A stretch of DNA of 64,000 nt. It comes from an uncultured bacterium. Its GTDB lineage: Bacteria > Acidobacteriota > Thermoanaerobaculia > Multivoradales > JAHZIX01. The notes under the pieces were generated by a model that ran no database searches, was not told the DNA's origin, and saw nothing but the letters and a program-made list of their open reading frames with translations. A program made the position numbers and the translations under genes. The stretch spans positions 32,001-96,000 of the forward strand of contig CBDUPA010000001.1 in assembly GCA_965368975.1 (NCBI GenBank), in the 5' to 3' direction. Each line of letters starts with the position of its first letter. Position 1 is the stretch's first letter. Positions 1 through 8,802 of this stretch are shown piece after piece.

Positions 1-173
1 ACGCGGTGGGGTTGCGTCCCGGGGGGGTGCTGATCGTGTCGATGTTCGAGACGCTCCGCTCGGTGGCGATTGGCCGGCAGTTGGCGCGCACCTACGCAGT
101 CGTCGATCAGTTCGACCTGGCCGGTGCCAAGGGGCGCTGGCGTATTCAAGTCTTGCAGCCGGTAACCCGCTAG
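1..173 (+). CDS. Partial (3' end) probable class I SAM-dependent methyltransferase
   Basis: Frame from nt 3 reads AVGLRPGGVLIVSMFE...QPVTR* (TAG 171-173); LRPGGxLIVS is the typical late motif of class I methyltransferases. The stop overlaps the stop of the convergent ABC gene. Confidence 0.5.
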   Translation, partial: AVGLRPGGVLIVSMFETLRSVAIGRQLARTYAVVDQFDLAGAKGRWRIQVLQPVTR

Positions 174-1726
174 CGTCTGCCGCGTCGTGGCGTTGCCCTG
201 GATCGTCCTGCTGACGTGTCCAGCGATCCGAGCGTCGACGGTGCAATGATGCCGTCGACCCGCGGTTGGAAGTCGAGCTCACGGCGGGTTCCGTAGAGGG
301 ACATGTGCCAGAACAAGGGCAGGATCAAGTGGTGCTCGCGGACGTAAAGCGAAAGGTCGCGAGCAGCGACCTGGCGCTTCTCGGCATCGAAGATCACCAT
401 GGCTTCGACGATTCGGCGATCGAGTTCGGGGTCGCTCGGGCCATGACGGTTGAAGGTACCCAGGTGCCGACGAGGATCGGGACTGTGCAGCAGCTGGCGA
501 TGGATGTCGATCAGGTCGCCGATGATATTTCCCCAGCCCATGATGTTGAGATCGTAGTCCCCGGCCGCGAGACGATCGGACATCTCGGCGAAGCTGACGG
601 CTTGCAGGTCGATCTCGAAGCCGGCCTCCTGCAACTGCGCGATCAGACGCTGGCATAGCGATCGCCGGCTTGCTGTGGTGAGCAAGACCAGCTTGGGCAC
701 TCCTGTAGCAGGAGTCGCTTGCGCCAGGAGCTGGCGAGCCTGCTGCAGATCGCGCTTCGTCGGCTCCAGGTCGCTCGCATAGCCATCACTAGGCGGACTG
801 GCCAACTGGCTGGCGGCGCGGGAGTAGTTCAAGAAATAGTCCGAAACGAGGTTCTGCCTGTCGAGGGCCAGATCGATCGCCTGGCGAACCTCGGGTCGCT
901 GCAGCCAGACTTTGTTGAGGTTGAATGCGAGGTAGGTGACGCTCAAACCGATGCGCGAGTCGACCCACAGATCGCGATCTGCTTCGACCACCTCGGCGTG
1001 TGCGGCCTCGAGCTGATCCACGATGTCGGCATCACCCGATAGCAGCAGCTCGAGTCGGTGCCGTGGGTCTCCTACGCCGTCGAGATGGAGGCGGCGATAG
1101 TGGGTTGGCGGACCCCAATAGTCCGGAAAGGCTTCCAGCAAGACCTCTGAGTCGTCGAGGTCGAGCCACCGGTACGGGCCGGTACCGATCGGCTGCGTGA
1201 TCGGCTCGGGGCTGTTGCTCGGCAGGATGGCGACGAAGGAGAGACGCTTGAGAAACAGTGGGTCGGACGCCTCGAGCTCGACCTCGACGGTTCGATCATC
1301 AAGGGCTCGTACAGTTCGGATGCCGCCGACATGGACCTGGATCTCGGTTTCGGCCAGCCTCAGTGGCCGGAGCAGACTGAAGACCACGTCGTGCGCGTCC
1401 AGACGGCTGCCGTCATGAAAGAGCACATCGGGCCGTAACTGGAAGCGATAGCGCTTGGGCGAAGCCTGGCTCCATGAAACGGCGAGGTCGGGACACACGT
1501 CGCCATCCTGATCGAGTCGCACCAGGCGATCGAAGACGTACGAGAAGACGGCTTCGGAATAGACGGTGAAGTAGTGGTGGGGATCCGGAGACCGAACGCT
1601 CGAGGCCAGGAGGATGCGTAGGGTTTCGCCGTCTCGGGACGGAGGTGGGGTAGCGGCACTGTACTTGCCGAAAGGCAGGTGTATGAGGACGAGGAGGACA
1701 ACGAGGTATCTGAGCTTCATGATCAC
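170..1726 (-). CDS. ABC transporter substrate-binding protein, family 5 (DppA/OppA/NikA-like)
   Basis: N-terminal signal peptide, VFDRLV, PDLAVSW, LRPDVLFHDG, PIGTGPY and VRQAIDLALDR motifs. No permease or ATPase genes adjacent. Confidence 0.9.
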   Translation of the reverse strand: MIMKLRYLVVLLVLIHLPFGKYSAATPPPSRDGETLRILLASSVRSPDPHHYFTVYSEAVFSYVFDRLVRLDQDGDVCPDLAVSWSQASPKRYRFQLRPDVLFHDGSRLDAHDVVFSLLRPLRLAETEIQVHVGGIRTVRALDDRTVEVELEASDPLFLKRLSFVAILPSNSPEPITQPIGTGPYRWLDLDDSEVLLEAFPDYWGPPTHYRRLHLDGVGDPRHRLELLLSGDADIVDQLEAAHAEVVEADRDLWVDSRIGLSVTYLAFNLNKVWLQRPEVRQAIDLALDRQNLVSDYFLNYSRAASQLASPPSDGYASDLEPTKRDLQQARQLLAQATPATGVPKLVLLTTASRRSLCQRLIAQLQEAGFEIDLQAVSFAEMSDRLAAGDYDLNIMGWGNIIGDLIDIHRQLLHSPDPRRHLGTFNRHGPSDPELDRRIVEAMVIFDAEKRQVAARDLSLYVREHHLILPLFWHMSLYGTRRELDFQPRVDGIIAPSTLGSLDTSAGRSRATPRRGRR

Positions 1727-1811
1727 ATCTCCAAGAAAAGGGATAGGAACAGTAGCTGGGCACGGGGGCCAACGGGTGTGTTGCCACCGCGGAATGCTGC
1801 TGAGCCCTTCA

Positions 1812-1853
1812 ATTATAGGAAGATGCGGTCAATTGTAAAGACATTGCTATAAT
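1812..1853. promoter_or_regulatory. Back-to-back sigma70-type promoters in an AT-rich intergenic patch
   Basis: + strand extended -10 TGcTATAAT at 1845-1853. - strand TTTACA (1839-1834), 16-nt spacer, TATAAT (1817-1812) facing the ABC gene. Confidence 0.55.
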
Positions 1854-2077
1854 ATCGTAGTATTAATATTTCTATCCAGGGGAGCTTGCTGCGATGTGGC
1901 GATCTTTAGTTGCGATAGTGATGACATGCGGTGTCGTGGACATGGACGAGCGCCTGGCGTGATTTTGCCGCAGAGAACGGGTACCGCGGGCGGCGGCACG
2001 TAGTAGAGTGACCGGGCTGTCCGCGCACGCCGCGCCCTGGACGGCAGTTCGAGCCAGTGACCACGAGGGAGAGATTG

Positions 2078-2479
2078 ATGTCAGAAGAACTCGAAGAAGG
2101 CGGTTGGATCGCCGAATCGCGCAACGTTTTGGGAGGTCGCCTCGATCTCTGCAGCCGGGAGCCGCTGACCGGCTTCTATCGGGATGGCTGCTGCAACACC
2201 GGTTCCGAGGACGACGGCGTGCACGTCGTGTGTGTCGAGATGACGGCCGAGTTTCTGGAATACAGCCGCCGTGAAGGCAACGATCTCAGTACACCGCAGC
2301 CGCTGCACGATTTCCCGGGGCTGCAGCCCGGCGATCGCTGGTGCTTGTGTGCGACGCGCTGGCGTGCCGCCTACGATGCTGGGCAGGCTCCCCGTGTCTA
2401 CCTGGGGGCTACGCACGAGCGAGCACTCGAGGTCGTATCGCTCGAAGCGCTGATGGAGTATGCGGCGGATCTGAGCTAG
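2078..2479 (+). CDS. DUF2237 family protein
   Basis: RNVLGGxLxxCSxxPLTGFYRDGCC...H.VC...GLQPGDRWCLCA.RW signature. ATG 2078 follows a purine-rich RBS. Confidence 0.9.
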   Translation: MSEELEEGGWIAESRNVLGGRLDLCSREPLTGFYRDGCCNTGSEDDGVHVVCVEMTAEFLEYSRREGNDLSTPQPLHDFPGLQPGDRWCLCATRWRAAYDAGQAPRVYLGATHERALEVVSLEALMEYAADLS

Positions 2480-2619
2480 CAGCGCTGGATTCCGAGACCT
2501 CGTCTTCTCGGCACTCCGACTCGGTAGAGTATGCTGTCGTGCGAGTCGCGAGCTCTGGTGTTCGTGACTGTGTTGGTAAGACACAGTAATTCTCATTGAT
2601 CGTGAGGAGGAGAAAATCC

Positions 2620-2805
2620 ATGAAGAAGAAAATCCAGCGCCGTCTCGCCTTGAACCGCGAAACGCTGTCCAATCTAGACCGCGTCTTCGGCGGTATTGCC
2701 GTGAACGGCGATGTGGTCCCGGTCCCCGACTCGAAGTACGTCAGCTGCACCTACGTCAATTGCCCGGACGATACGAAGTACGTCAGCTGCTCGCTGGTGT
2801 GCTGA
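2620..2805 (+). CDS. RiPP precursor, class I lanthipeptide-like (61 aa)
   Basis: Strong RBS GAGGAGG 2604-2610. Leader MKKKIQRRLALNRETLSNL (LxLxRx5L), GG motif, then a Ser/Thr/Cys-rich core ending in Cys. Confidence 0.75.
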   Translation: MKKKIQRRLALNRETLSNLDRVFGGIAVNGDVVPVPDSKYVSCTYVNCPDDTKYVSCSLVC

Positions 2806-2850
2806 TGGACCTAGGCGTGGCCCTCGGCCGCGCCAGATGAGCCTCTTGCT

Positions 2851-2876
2851 TCAGGGCCGGCAACTGCCGGCCCTGA
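2851..2876. terminator. GC-rich hairpin between convergent genes (precursor / ccmC)
   Basis: Perfect inverted repeat TCAGGGCCGGCA-AC-TGCCGGCCCTGA; no clear U-tract. Confidence 0.5.
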
Positions 2877-2917
2877 GCTGTGTAGCTCCTGGCTCGGGAC
2901 GCTACGAGGTGGGGCGG

Positions 2918-3580
2918 CTACAGGCGGGCGAGTTGCTCGTCGCGCAGACGTAGCACGCGGGTGCGCAAGTTGTGCAGCCAGAAGAAGAAGGCTGTGTAGC
3001 AGGCCGCGCCGAGGAGCAGCACCTGCAGCATGCGCGAGTTCATCTCGATCTTGCCACCCGGGTTGATCACCGGTTCCGGATGCAGGGTGAACGACGCCAT
3101 GCGCGGCAGCACGAAGAAGAGGAAAGGTGCCACGGCGATGCCGAGGGCGGCATAGGCGGCGGAGAGCCGGCGCCGACGTTCCTCGTCCGGAACGGCTGCG
3201 CGCAGGGACAGGTAGGCTCCGTAGAAGAGCAGCGCCATGGTGATCGAGGTCTGGCGGGGATCCCAGTTCCAGTAGCTGCCCCACATGATGCGCGCCCAGA
3301 TGGCGCCGCTGACCGTGGCCAGGATGCAGAAGACCATGCCGATCTCGATCGCGGCGTGGGAGGCGTAGTCGTGACGGATGTCGCGCTTCATGAGATAGCG
3401 CAGGCTCCAGGCACCGGCGGCGACGAAGGCGACGAACGAAGCCCAGGCCATCGGTACGTGGAAAAACAGGATACGGCTGGACTGGCCGATGAAATCTTGA
3501 GCCAGCGGTGCATAGGCAAAGGCGCCGACGATCACCAGGCAGCCAGCCAGCCAGAGGGTCCAGGCGAGAGCATTCTTCAT
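2918..3580 (-). CDS. ccmC: Cytochrome c biogenesis heme exporter/chaperone CcmC
   Basis: RILFFHVP, WWD-type motif GAIWARIMWGSYWNWDPRQT, TLHP; multiple TM helices. Confidence 0.93.
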   Translation of the reverse strand: MKNALAWTLWLAGCLVIVGAFAYAPLAQDFIGQSSRILFFHVPMAWASFVAFVAAGAWSLRYLMKRDIRHDYASHAAIEIGMVFCILATVSGAIWARIMWGSYWNWDPRQTSITMALLFYGAYLSLRAAVPDEERRRRLSAAYAALGIAVAPFLFFVLPRMASFTLHPEPVINPGGKIEMNSRMLQVLLLGAACYTAFFFWLHNLRTRVLRLRDEQLARL

Positions 3581-3637
3581 GGAGTCAGGTCTCCTCGCAG
3601 AGCAAGTTCCGGCTTGTTGGTCGAGAATTCCGACAGA

Positions 3638-4399
3638 TCAAGGATTCCAGATGGTAGGGAAGAGCATAGAACCCGCGACTGTGACGGTGGCATCATACAG
3701 CAGCAGCAGGCGGATTGCCGGGTCTCCCACGGTCGCCACCGCCGTCGCGGCTTCGTCGATCGTACCGGCTTCACCGGTGACTGCGGCACGGCTGATCTGG
3801 ATGACGATGACCAGCAGGGGCAGCAGGATCGGCAGGGCGAGCACGGCGAACAGCGTACCGCGGCCGCGCGCCTGAGCAATGATGGCGGCGATCAGGGTGC
3901 CGCCTGCCGCCAGCCCGAAGCCGCCGCCGAGGAGCGCGAGCACTAGCTTTTCCGGGCGTGCGACGCCGAGGTCCATCATGGCGAGGAACAGTGGCGTCAC
4001 CAGGATCTCGAGCACCAGCACCAGTGTCAGGCTGTAGAGCAACTTGCCCCAGAACAGCGCCGAAGGCGTTGCACTCATGCGCAGCGCGGTAGCAGTGTGG
4101 GTCTCTTCCTCCACGACAAAGGCTCGAGGCAGCCCTGCGGTGACCGCGAACAGCAAAATGATCCACAGCACGACGGGCAGCACGGCCCCCTTCTCGCTGC
4201 TGCTGGCGCCGATCGGTCCGAGGCCGACGCTGACCACGACCAGCGTGGTGACGGCGAACAGGCCCAGCGTGTTGAGGGCATAGCGCGTGCGCAGTTCGCA
4301 GCGCCATTCCTTGACGAAAACGGCGAGCGCTTCGGCCAGCCAGTCGGCGAGCGTTGCCGCGCTGGGGGTGTCAGCTGAGGTCGAGGTGTTGGTGGACAT
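3638..4399 (-). CDS. ccmB: Heme exporter permease CcmB
   Basis: KEWRCELRTR, FVVEEE, GKLL, LALPILLPLL; about 6 TM helices; lies between ccmA and ccmC. Start chosen at ATG 4399. Confidence 0.9.
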   Translation of the reverse strand: MSTNTSTSADTPSAATLADWLAEALAVFVKEWRCELRTRYALNTLGLFAVTTLVVVSVGLGPIGASSSEKGAVLPVVLWIILLFAVTAGLPRAFVVEEETHTATALRMSATPSALFWGKLLYSLTLVLVLEILVTPLFLAMMDLGVARPEKLVLALLGGGFGLAAGGTLIAAIIAQARGRGTLFAVLALPILLPLLVIVIQISRAAVTGEAGTIDEAATAVATVGDPAIRLLLLYDATVTVAGSMLFPTIWNP

Positions 4400-5087
4400 G
4401 GCTTTCCAGGGCGGTCGGCAGGCGCAGGTCTGTGGGACTGGCCAGCACCAGGCCGCCGCCGGCCGAGAGGTGATCCGCAAGGAGATCCCAGAAGGCTTGA
4501 CGGCCAGCGGCATCGAGGTTCTGAAACGGCTCGTCGAACAGCAAGATCGAGGGCTCGTGGAGTGTCGCCCAGCACAGTCGCAGACGCTGGCGCATGCCGG
4601 AGGAGAGGGCGCCGGCGGCGCGGTTCGGCGGCAGGCCGAGTGCGACCGCGCGGTCGATGGCCGTGGCGGCGCTGCGTCGACGCAGGCGGCCGAAGAAGTG
4701 GAGATTCTCGGCGACCGTGAGTTCGTCGTAGAGTGCCAGGTCCGGTGCCAGGTAGCCGAGGCGACGGCGGCGAGAGTCCATCTCGCTGGATGCAGGGGCG
4801 TTGTGTACTGTCGCGCGCGCAGGCTCTGTGACGGGACTCTGCTCGGGGTCCTGAGCTGGGCTGGTTGTACCTGCCGGCGCGTACACTCCTTCGGAGTAGG
4901 TGATCGTGCCGCGGTCGGGCGACAGCAGGCCCGCCAGGCACTTGAGCAGCGTGCTCTTGCCGCTGCCGTTGCTGCCCGTGATCAGGAGAATCTGGCCTTC
5001 CCGCACGTCGCCGGAGACGCCTCGGAGCACCGAGACGCGGCCGAAGCGGCGGAAGATGTCACGGAAGGAGAGAGTAGCGGGTTGCAT
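4371..5087 (-). CDS. ccmA: Heme exporter ATP-binding protein CcmA
   Basis: Walker A GSNGSGKST, signature LSSGMRQR, Walker B LLFDEP, LTVAENL. Contains a low-complexity insertion after Walker A. Confidence 0.88.
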   Translation of the reverse strand: MQPATLSFRDIFRRFGRVSVLRGVSGDVREGQILLITGSNGSGKSTLLKCLAGLLSPDRGTITYSEGVYAPAGTTSPAQDPEQSPVTEPARATVHNAPASSEMDSRRRRLGYLAPDLALYDELTVAENLHFFGRLRRRSAATAIDRAVALGLPPNRAAGALSSGMRQRLRLCWATLHEPSILLFDEPFQNLDAAGRQAFWDLLADHLSAGGGLVLASPTDLRLPTALESHVHQHLDLS

Positions 5088-5169
5088 GCGGCGCTGATTA
5101 TAGGCCCATTTTCGTGACACTTTCCCAGATCGGGTGGCAGCTTGCCCGATTCCCCGCGGAGCCTTTACC

Positions 5170-7449
5170 ATGCGATTTATGAATGCGAGTGAGATCGACT
5201 GTCGCGTCACCCAGGCTGCTGACGGTCTACATAGGCCTGCCAACCCGGTCCAGAGGAGCCGCCCTGCGGCCCTGCGCGTGGCTGCCTTGACTGTGGCGGT
5301 TGTCTCGATGTCACTGCTCGGCTGTGCGACGTCGGGCACGACCCCGGACTCCTCGAGGAGCACCGGTAGCGGTGCAGCCGACGATGCGACCCGAGGTGCC
5401 AGCGACGAACTGGTGGGCTCCTCGGGCGTGCGTCCCTATCGCCCGAGCCGAGAGCTGCCGACGGTAGACGTGCCCGACCTGGACATGCGGGCTTTGCTGC
5501 TGCTGCTGGCTGACCGCCGGATGTACGAGAGCTTCACAGTCGAGCGGGCGTTGGTGTCCGATGCCGAGGCGCCAGCGCAGCTGCGCCGGTTGCTGGCGTT
5601 GGCGCTGGGCCGGGCCGGTCGACCCGAGGGGGTCGAGGTGCTGCGCGGCCTGTTGCTCGACGACGACGTCGAGGTGCGACGCGAGGCGGTGTTCGCACTT
5701 GGACAGCTGGGAAACAGGGAGGCGGTCGACCTCCTGCTGCACCGGATGCTGGTCGACAACGACCGCGAGACCGGGATGCTGGCGGTCGAGGCGCTGGCCA
5801 AGCTCGCAGTGCCGGTGCTCGATGTCGGCGATGCGCTGGGTAGCCTGCCCGAGGTCGAGCTGTGGTCTCGTCTGCTGCCGCACTTGCATCGTTTTCGTGA
5901 TGAAGAGCGTCTGACGCTGGCCAGCTTGGCGCTCGAACGCGCCGAGCGCTCGTTGCGGCCGTGGGCGGTGTATACGCTCAGCCGCGCTCCCACCGCCGGG
6001 ACCTTGCCGCTGCTGCGGGCTCGCCTGGAGGATGGGGAGCCGCGCACCCGAGCGTGGATCGCCGAAGCCCTGGGAGGCGCTGGCGACGCCGCCGATCTCG
6101 ACCGCCTGGTACCACTCCTGCAGCCCGAGGTGCGCGCGCCGGGGCCCGTGATCCAGGCGCTGCGCGCCGGCCGTCGGTTGGTGGCCCGCGGCGTGGCGGC
6201 GCCGCCGGAATCGTGGGTGCCGTGGCTTCTGCACTGGTTGGTGGATGGTCGTCCGGCGGTGCGATTGGCGGCGATCGAAGCCTCGGCGGCCTGGCTGGGT
6301 GAGCCGCAGTTGGAACCGGTATTGCTGGCACTGGCTGAGGCCAATGCGCCCGTCTGGCAACGCGCCGCGGCCCTTCGAACCCTGGCTCGCTGGCGGCATC
6401 CGCGCGCCTCGGATCTAATCGTCGCCGCGGCGGCTTCACCCGAGTCGTCACTGCGGGCCGCCGTGACGGAGCCGGCGCGGCTCGTGGGTCTGGATGCCAT
6501 CCTCGAGCTGCTGGCCTCGGATGCCGTGGGCAGCGTCCGTGCCGCGGTGTTGGAAGCGAGGTTGAACGCTCTGCAGGTAGACCCGGAGGCGCCAGATCTC
6601 GACGAAGTTCTGCAATGGTCTGGCTTGTTGCTCGACGCGGCGCTGGAGGATGCAGATCCCGTGGTGCGGGCGACGGCGCTCGACGCTCTCTACCGCTGGC
6701 CGGTCCTGCGTGTTCAGCGGCTGGTCGAGGCCTACGACCGCGCCACCCGCGACCGTATCGTCGAAGCGCGGCTGAGCGCGGTGCGCGCCATCGGCGCCCG
6801 TGCACGCGCGCTGCCGACGGAACGAGGCCGCGCCATCGAGGCCCTCGAACGTCTGGCGGAGGGCGGAGAACGGCTGGTGCGGCGGCAGGCGGCGGTCGAG
6901 TTGCTGGCGATGGAGATCACCCCGCCCCTGCCTGGTCCGGCGACCGGCGGCCAGGCCAGCTTCTATGCACAGGTTGTACGCCGCACGGCGCAGCCCTGGC
7001 TGGCCCACCTGCGGACCGACCTGGGAACTCTGACTTTGGAGCTGGACTGCCCGTTGGTGCCCCTGACATGCTTGAATTTCCTGCAGCTGGCGGAGCAGGG
7101 CTTCTACGATGGTCTTGCTTTCCACCAGCTGACCCCGGACTTCATCGTCCAGGCCGGCGACCCGCGCGGGGATGGTTGGGGTGGTCCCGGTTACCGGATC
7201 CGCGACGAAGTCTCGCGTCTGCGCTTCGAGCGCGGCACCGTCGGTATGGCGCTGTCGACCGCGGACGCCGCGGGCAGTCAGTTCTTCCTCACGCTGTCGC
7301 CGCAGCCCCAGCTCGAAGGCGCCTACACGGCCTTCGGACGGTTGCGCGAGGGCGACGAAATCCTCGATCTACTGGCTCCGGGTAGCCGCATTCTGGGCAT
7401 CGACCTGGAGCCTGTGACCGTCACCCCAAGCTCGCGGCGACGGCGTTGA
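5170..7449 (+). CDS. Lipoprotein with HEAT/PBS-lyase repeats and C-terminal cyclophilin-type peptidyl-prolyl isomerase
   Basis: Lipobox LLGC; repeated VRxxAxxALG units; cyclophilin motifs GFYDGLAFH, FIVQAGDP, GTVGMA, GSQFF, YTAFG. Start uncertain. Confidence 0.85.
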   Translation: MRFMNASEIDCRVTQAADGLHRPANPVQRSRPAALRVAALTVAVVSMSLLGCATSGTTPDSSRSTGSGAADDATRGASDELVGSSGVRPYRPSRELPTVDVPDLDMRALLLLLADRRMYESFTVERALVSDAEAPAQLRRLLALALGRAGRPEGVEVLRGLLLDDDVEVRREAVFALGQLGNREAVDLLLHRMLVDNDRETGMLAVEALAKLAVPVLDVGDALGSLPEVELWSRLLPHLHRFRDEERLTLASLALERAERSLRPWAVYTLSRAPTAGTLPLLRARLEDGEPRTRAWIAEALGGAGDAADLDRLVPLLQPEVRAPGPVIQALRAGRRLVARGVAAPPESWVPWLLHWLVDGRPAVRLAAIEASAAWLGEPQLEPVLLALAEANAPVWQRAAALRTLARWRHPRASDLIVAAAASPESSLRAAVTEPARLVGLDAILELLASDAVGSVRAAVLEARLNALQVDPEAPDLDEVLQWSGLLLDAALEDADPVVRATALDALYRWPVLRVQRLVEAYDRATRDRIVEARLSAVRAIGARARALPTERGRAIEALERLAEGGERLVRRQAAVELLAMEITPPLPGPATGGQASFYAQVVRRTAQPWLAHLRTDLGTLTLELDCPLVPLTCLNFLQLAEQGFYDGLAFHQLTPDFIVQAGDPRGDGWGGPGYRIRDEVSRLRFERGTVGMALSTADAAGSQFFLTLSPQPQLEGAYTAFGRLREGDEILDLLAPGSRILGIDLEPVTVTPSSRRRR

Positions 7450-7479
7450 AACCTTGTCGGGAAGGAAGCGTATAAAGCG

Positions 7480-8079
7480 ATGACACGGGATGCGGAGCGA
7501 AAGGACGATCGGTTGAAGGACGAAGAGCTGGTCGCCGCGATCCTGAAGGGCCGAGAAGATCGCTTCGTTGAGCTTGTCGAGCGCTATCAAGGGCGTCTGG
7601 TGAACTACCTGTATCGCTTGCTGAGGAACCTGGACGAAGCGCACGACATGGCTCAAGAGGTGTTCATCAAAATCTATCAAGCACTGGAGGGCTTCGATCC
7701 TCGCTACCGGTTCTCGACCTGGTTGTTTCGCGTGGCACAGAACGCGGCCATCGATCACATTCGAAAGCGCCGCCTCAAGTTGGTCACCATTCACCGGCCG
7801 GATCCGGAAACGGGGGAACGTCAAGACTGGGAGTTTCCGAGTCCAGAGCGGGGGCCGTATGGCCACCTGCGCAATCGGGAACGCGGCGGTGCCATCCAGG
7901 AAGCTATCGATTCACTGCCTTGGGAATATAGGGAACTCATCCTGCTCCGTCACTTTGGCGAAATGTCCTACGACGAGATCGCCAAGCTCAAGGAGATGCC
8001 TCTCGGTACAGTGAAAAACAAGTTGTTCCGCGGCCGGCAGATGCTGAAGAAGCAGCTGGCTGACTTTCGAGTCGATTGA
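7480..8079 (+). CDS. ECF sigma-70 factor (RpoE/SigW-like)
   Basis: DMAQEVFIK, FSTWLFRVAQN, region 4 SYDEIA...GTVKNKLFRGR. Confidence 0.93.
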   Translation: MTRDAERKDDRLKDEELVAAILKGREDRFVELVERYQGRLVNYLYRLLRNLDEAHDMAQEVFIKIYQALEGFDPRYRFSTWLFRVAQNAAIDHIRKRRLKLVTIHRPDPETGERQDWEFPSPERGPYGHLRNRERGGAIQEAIDSLPWEYRELILLRHFGEMSYDEIAKLKEMPLGTVKNKLFRGRQMLKKQLADFRVD

Positions 8080-8113
8080 CCCCGATGGACGCCATCGAGC
8101 GGGGGGATTGCTC

Positions 8114-8722
8114 ATGAAGCGCGATGCCGATGACGCACACCGAGTGTGTGCACACCAAGATGAGATGAACGAACTGCTGCAGCAGCGGCTGGATGGGGAT
8201 CTAGCGGCGGCGCAAGCCGCGCGTCTGGACGCCCATCTCGGGCGTTGTGCGCTCTGCGCCCACGACGCCCAAGGCTACGACGCGCTGTTCGAGAAGCTGG
8301 CGATGCGGGTCGAGGTCCGTCCGGACTTCACCGCGTCGGTGATGGCGGCGCTGCCGCCGGCTGCGCACGAAGCCCGAGCCCGCGTTGCCTGGATGCTGCC
8401 GGTGGCAGTGTTCCTCCTGCTGGCGATCGGTACGGTGTTGATCGCCGGCGGTTCGCTGAGTACCGCCGTCGAAGGCACACCGTTCGGTCTGCTCGGTGCA
8501 GTCGCCGAGATGGTCACCGCCACCGCGCTCGCTGGCGCGGGCTTGCTCGGTGCCAGCTGGAAGGCCCTGCGCCTGGGCGTTGGGGAAATGATGGTGCAGT
8601 CCCCGATGATGCTGGTCCTACTCAGTTTTCTGATCGTTGGCTTGAACGGCCTGCTGTTCAGCTACCTGCGTCGCCGCCGAGGTGCGCGCCAGCCTCAGCA
8701 CCAGGCACAGAGGGGAGCCTGA
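8114..8722 (+). CDS. Zinc-binding (zf-HC2) transmembrane anti-sigma factor
   Basis: LDGDL...HLGRCALC (HxxxCxxC) followed by TM helices; directly downstream of the ECF sigma gene. Confidence 0.85.
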   Translation: MKRDADDAHRVCAHQDEMNELLQQRLDGDLAAAQAARLDAHLGRCALCAHDAQGYDALFEKLAMRVEVRPDFTASVMAALPPAAHEARARVAWMLPVAVFLLLAIGTVLIAGGSLSTAVEGTPFGLLGAVAEMVTATALAGAGLLGASWKALRLGVGEMMVQSPMMLVLLSFLIVGLNGLLFSYLRRRRGARQPQHQAQRGA

Positions 8723-8802
8723 AAGCCCCAGGGGCCTCGGATCGGCCGCCTGTATCTCAGCCTCACCCTCGGCCTCGGAGAGTTGCAGTAGACTCCGTCC
8801 CC

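Noticed and set aside
2720-2805. Graspetide (microviridin TxKYPSD-like) core
   Set aside because: TKYVSC/SKYVSC only superficially resembles it: no acceptor Asp after Ser, no PFFARFL leader, no ATP-grasp gene. The Cys pattern and leader fit lanthipeptides better.
2806-2917. Hidden ccmD downstream of ccmC
   Set aside because: No short hydrophobic ORF with an RBS was found; the interval is occupied by a hairpin.
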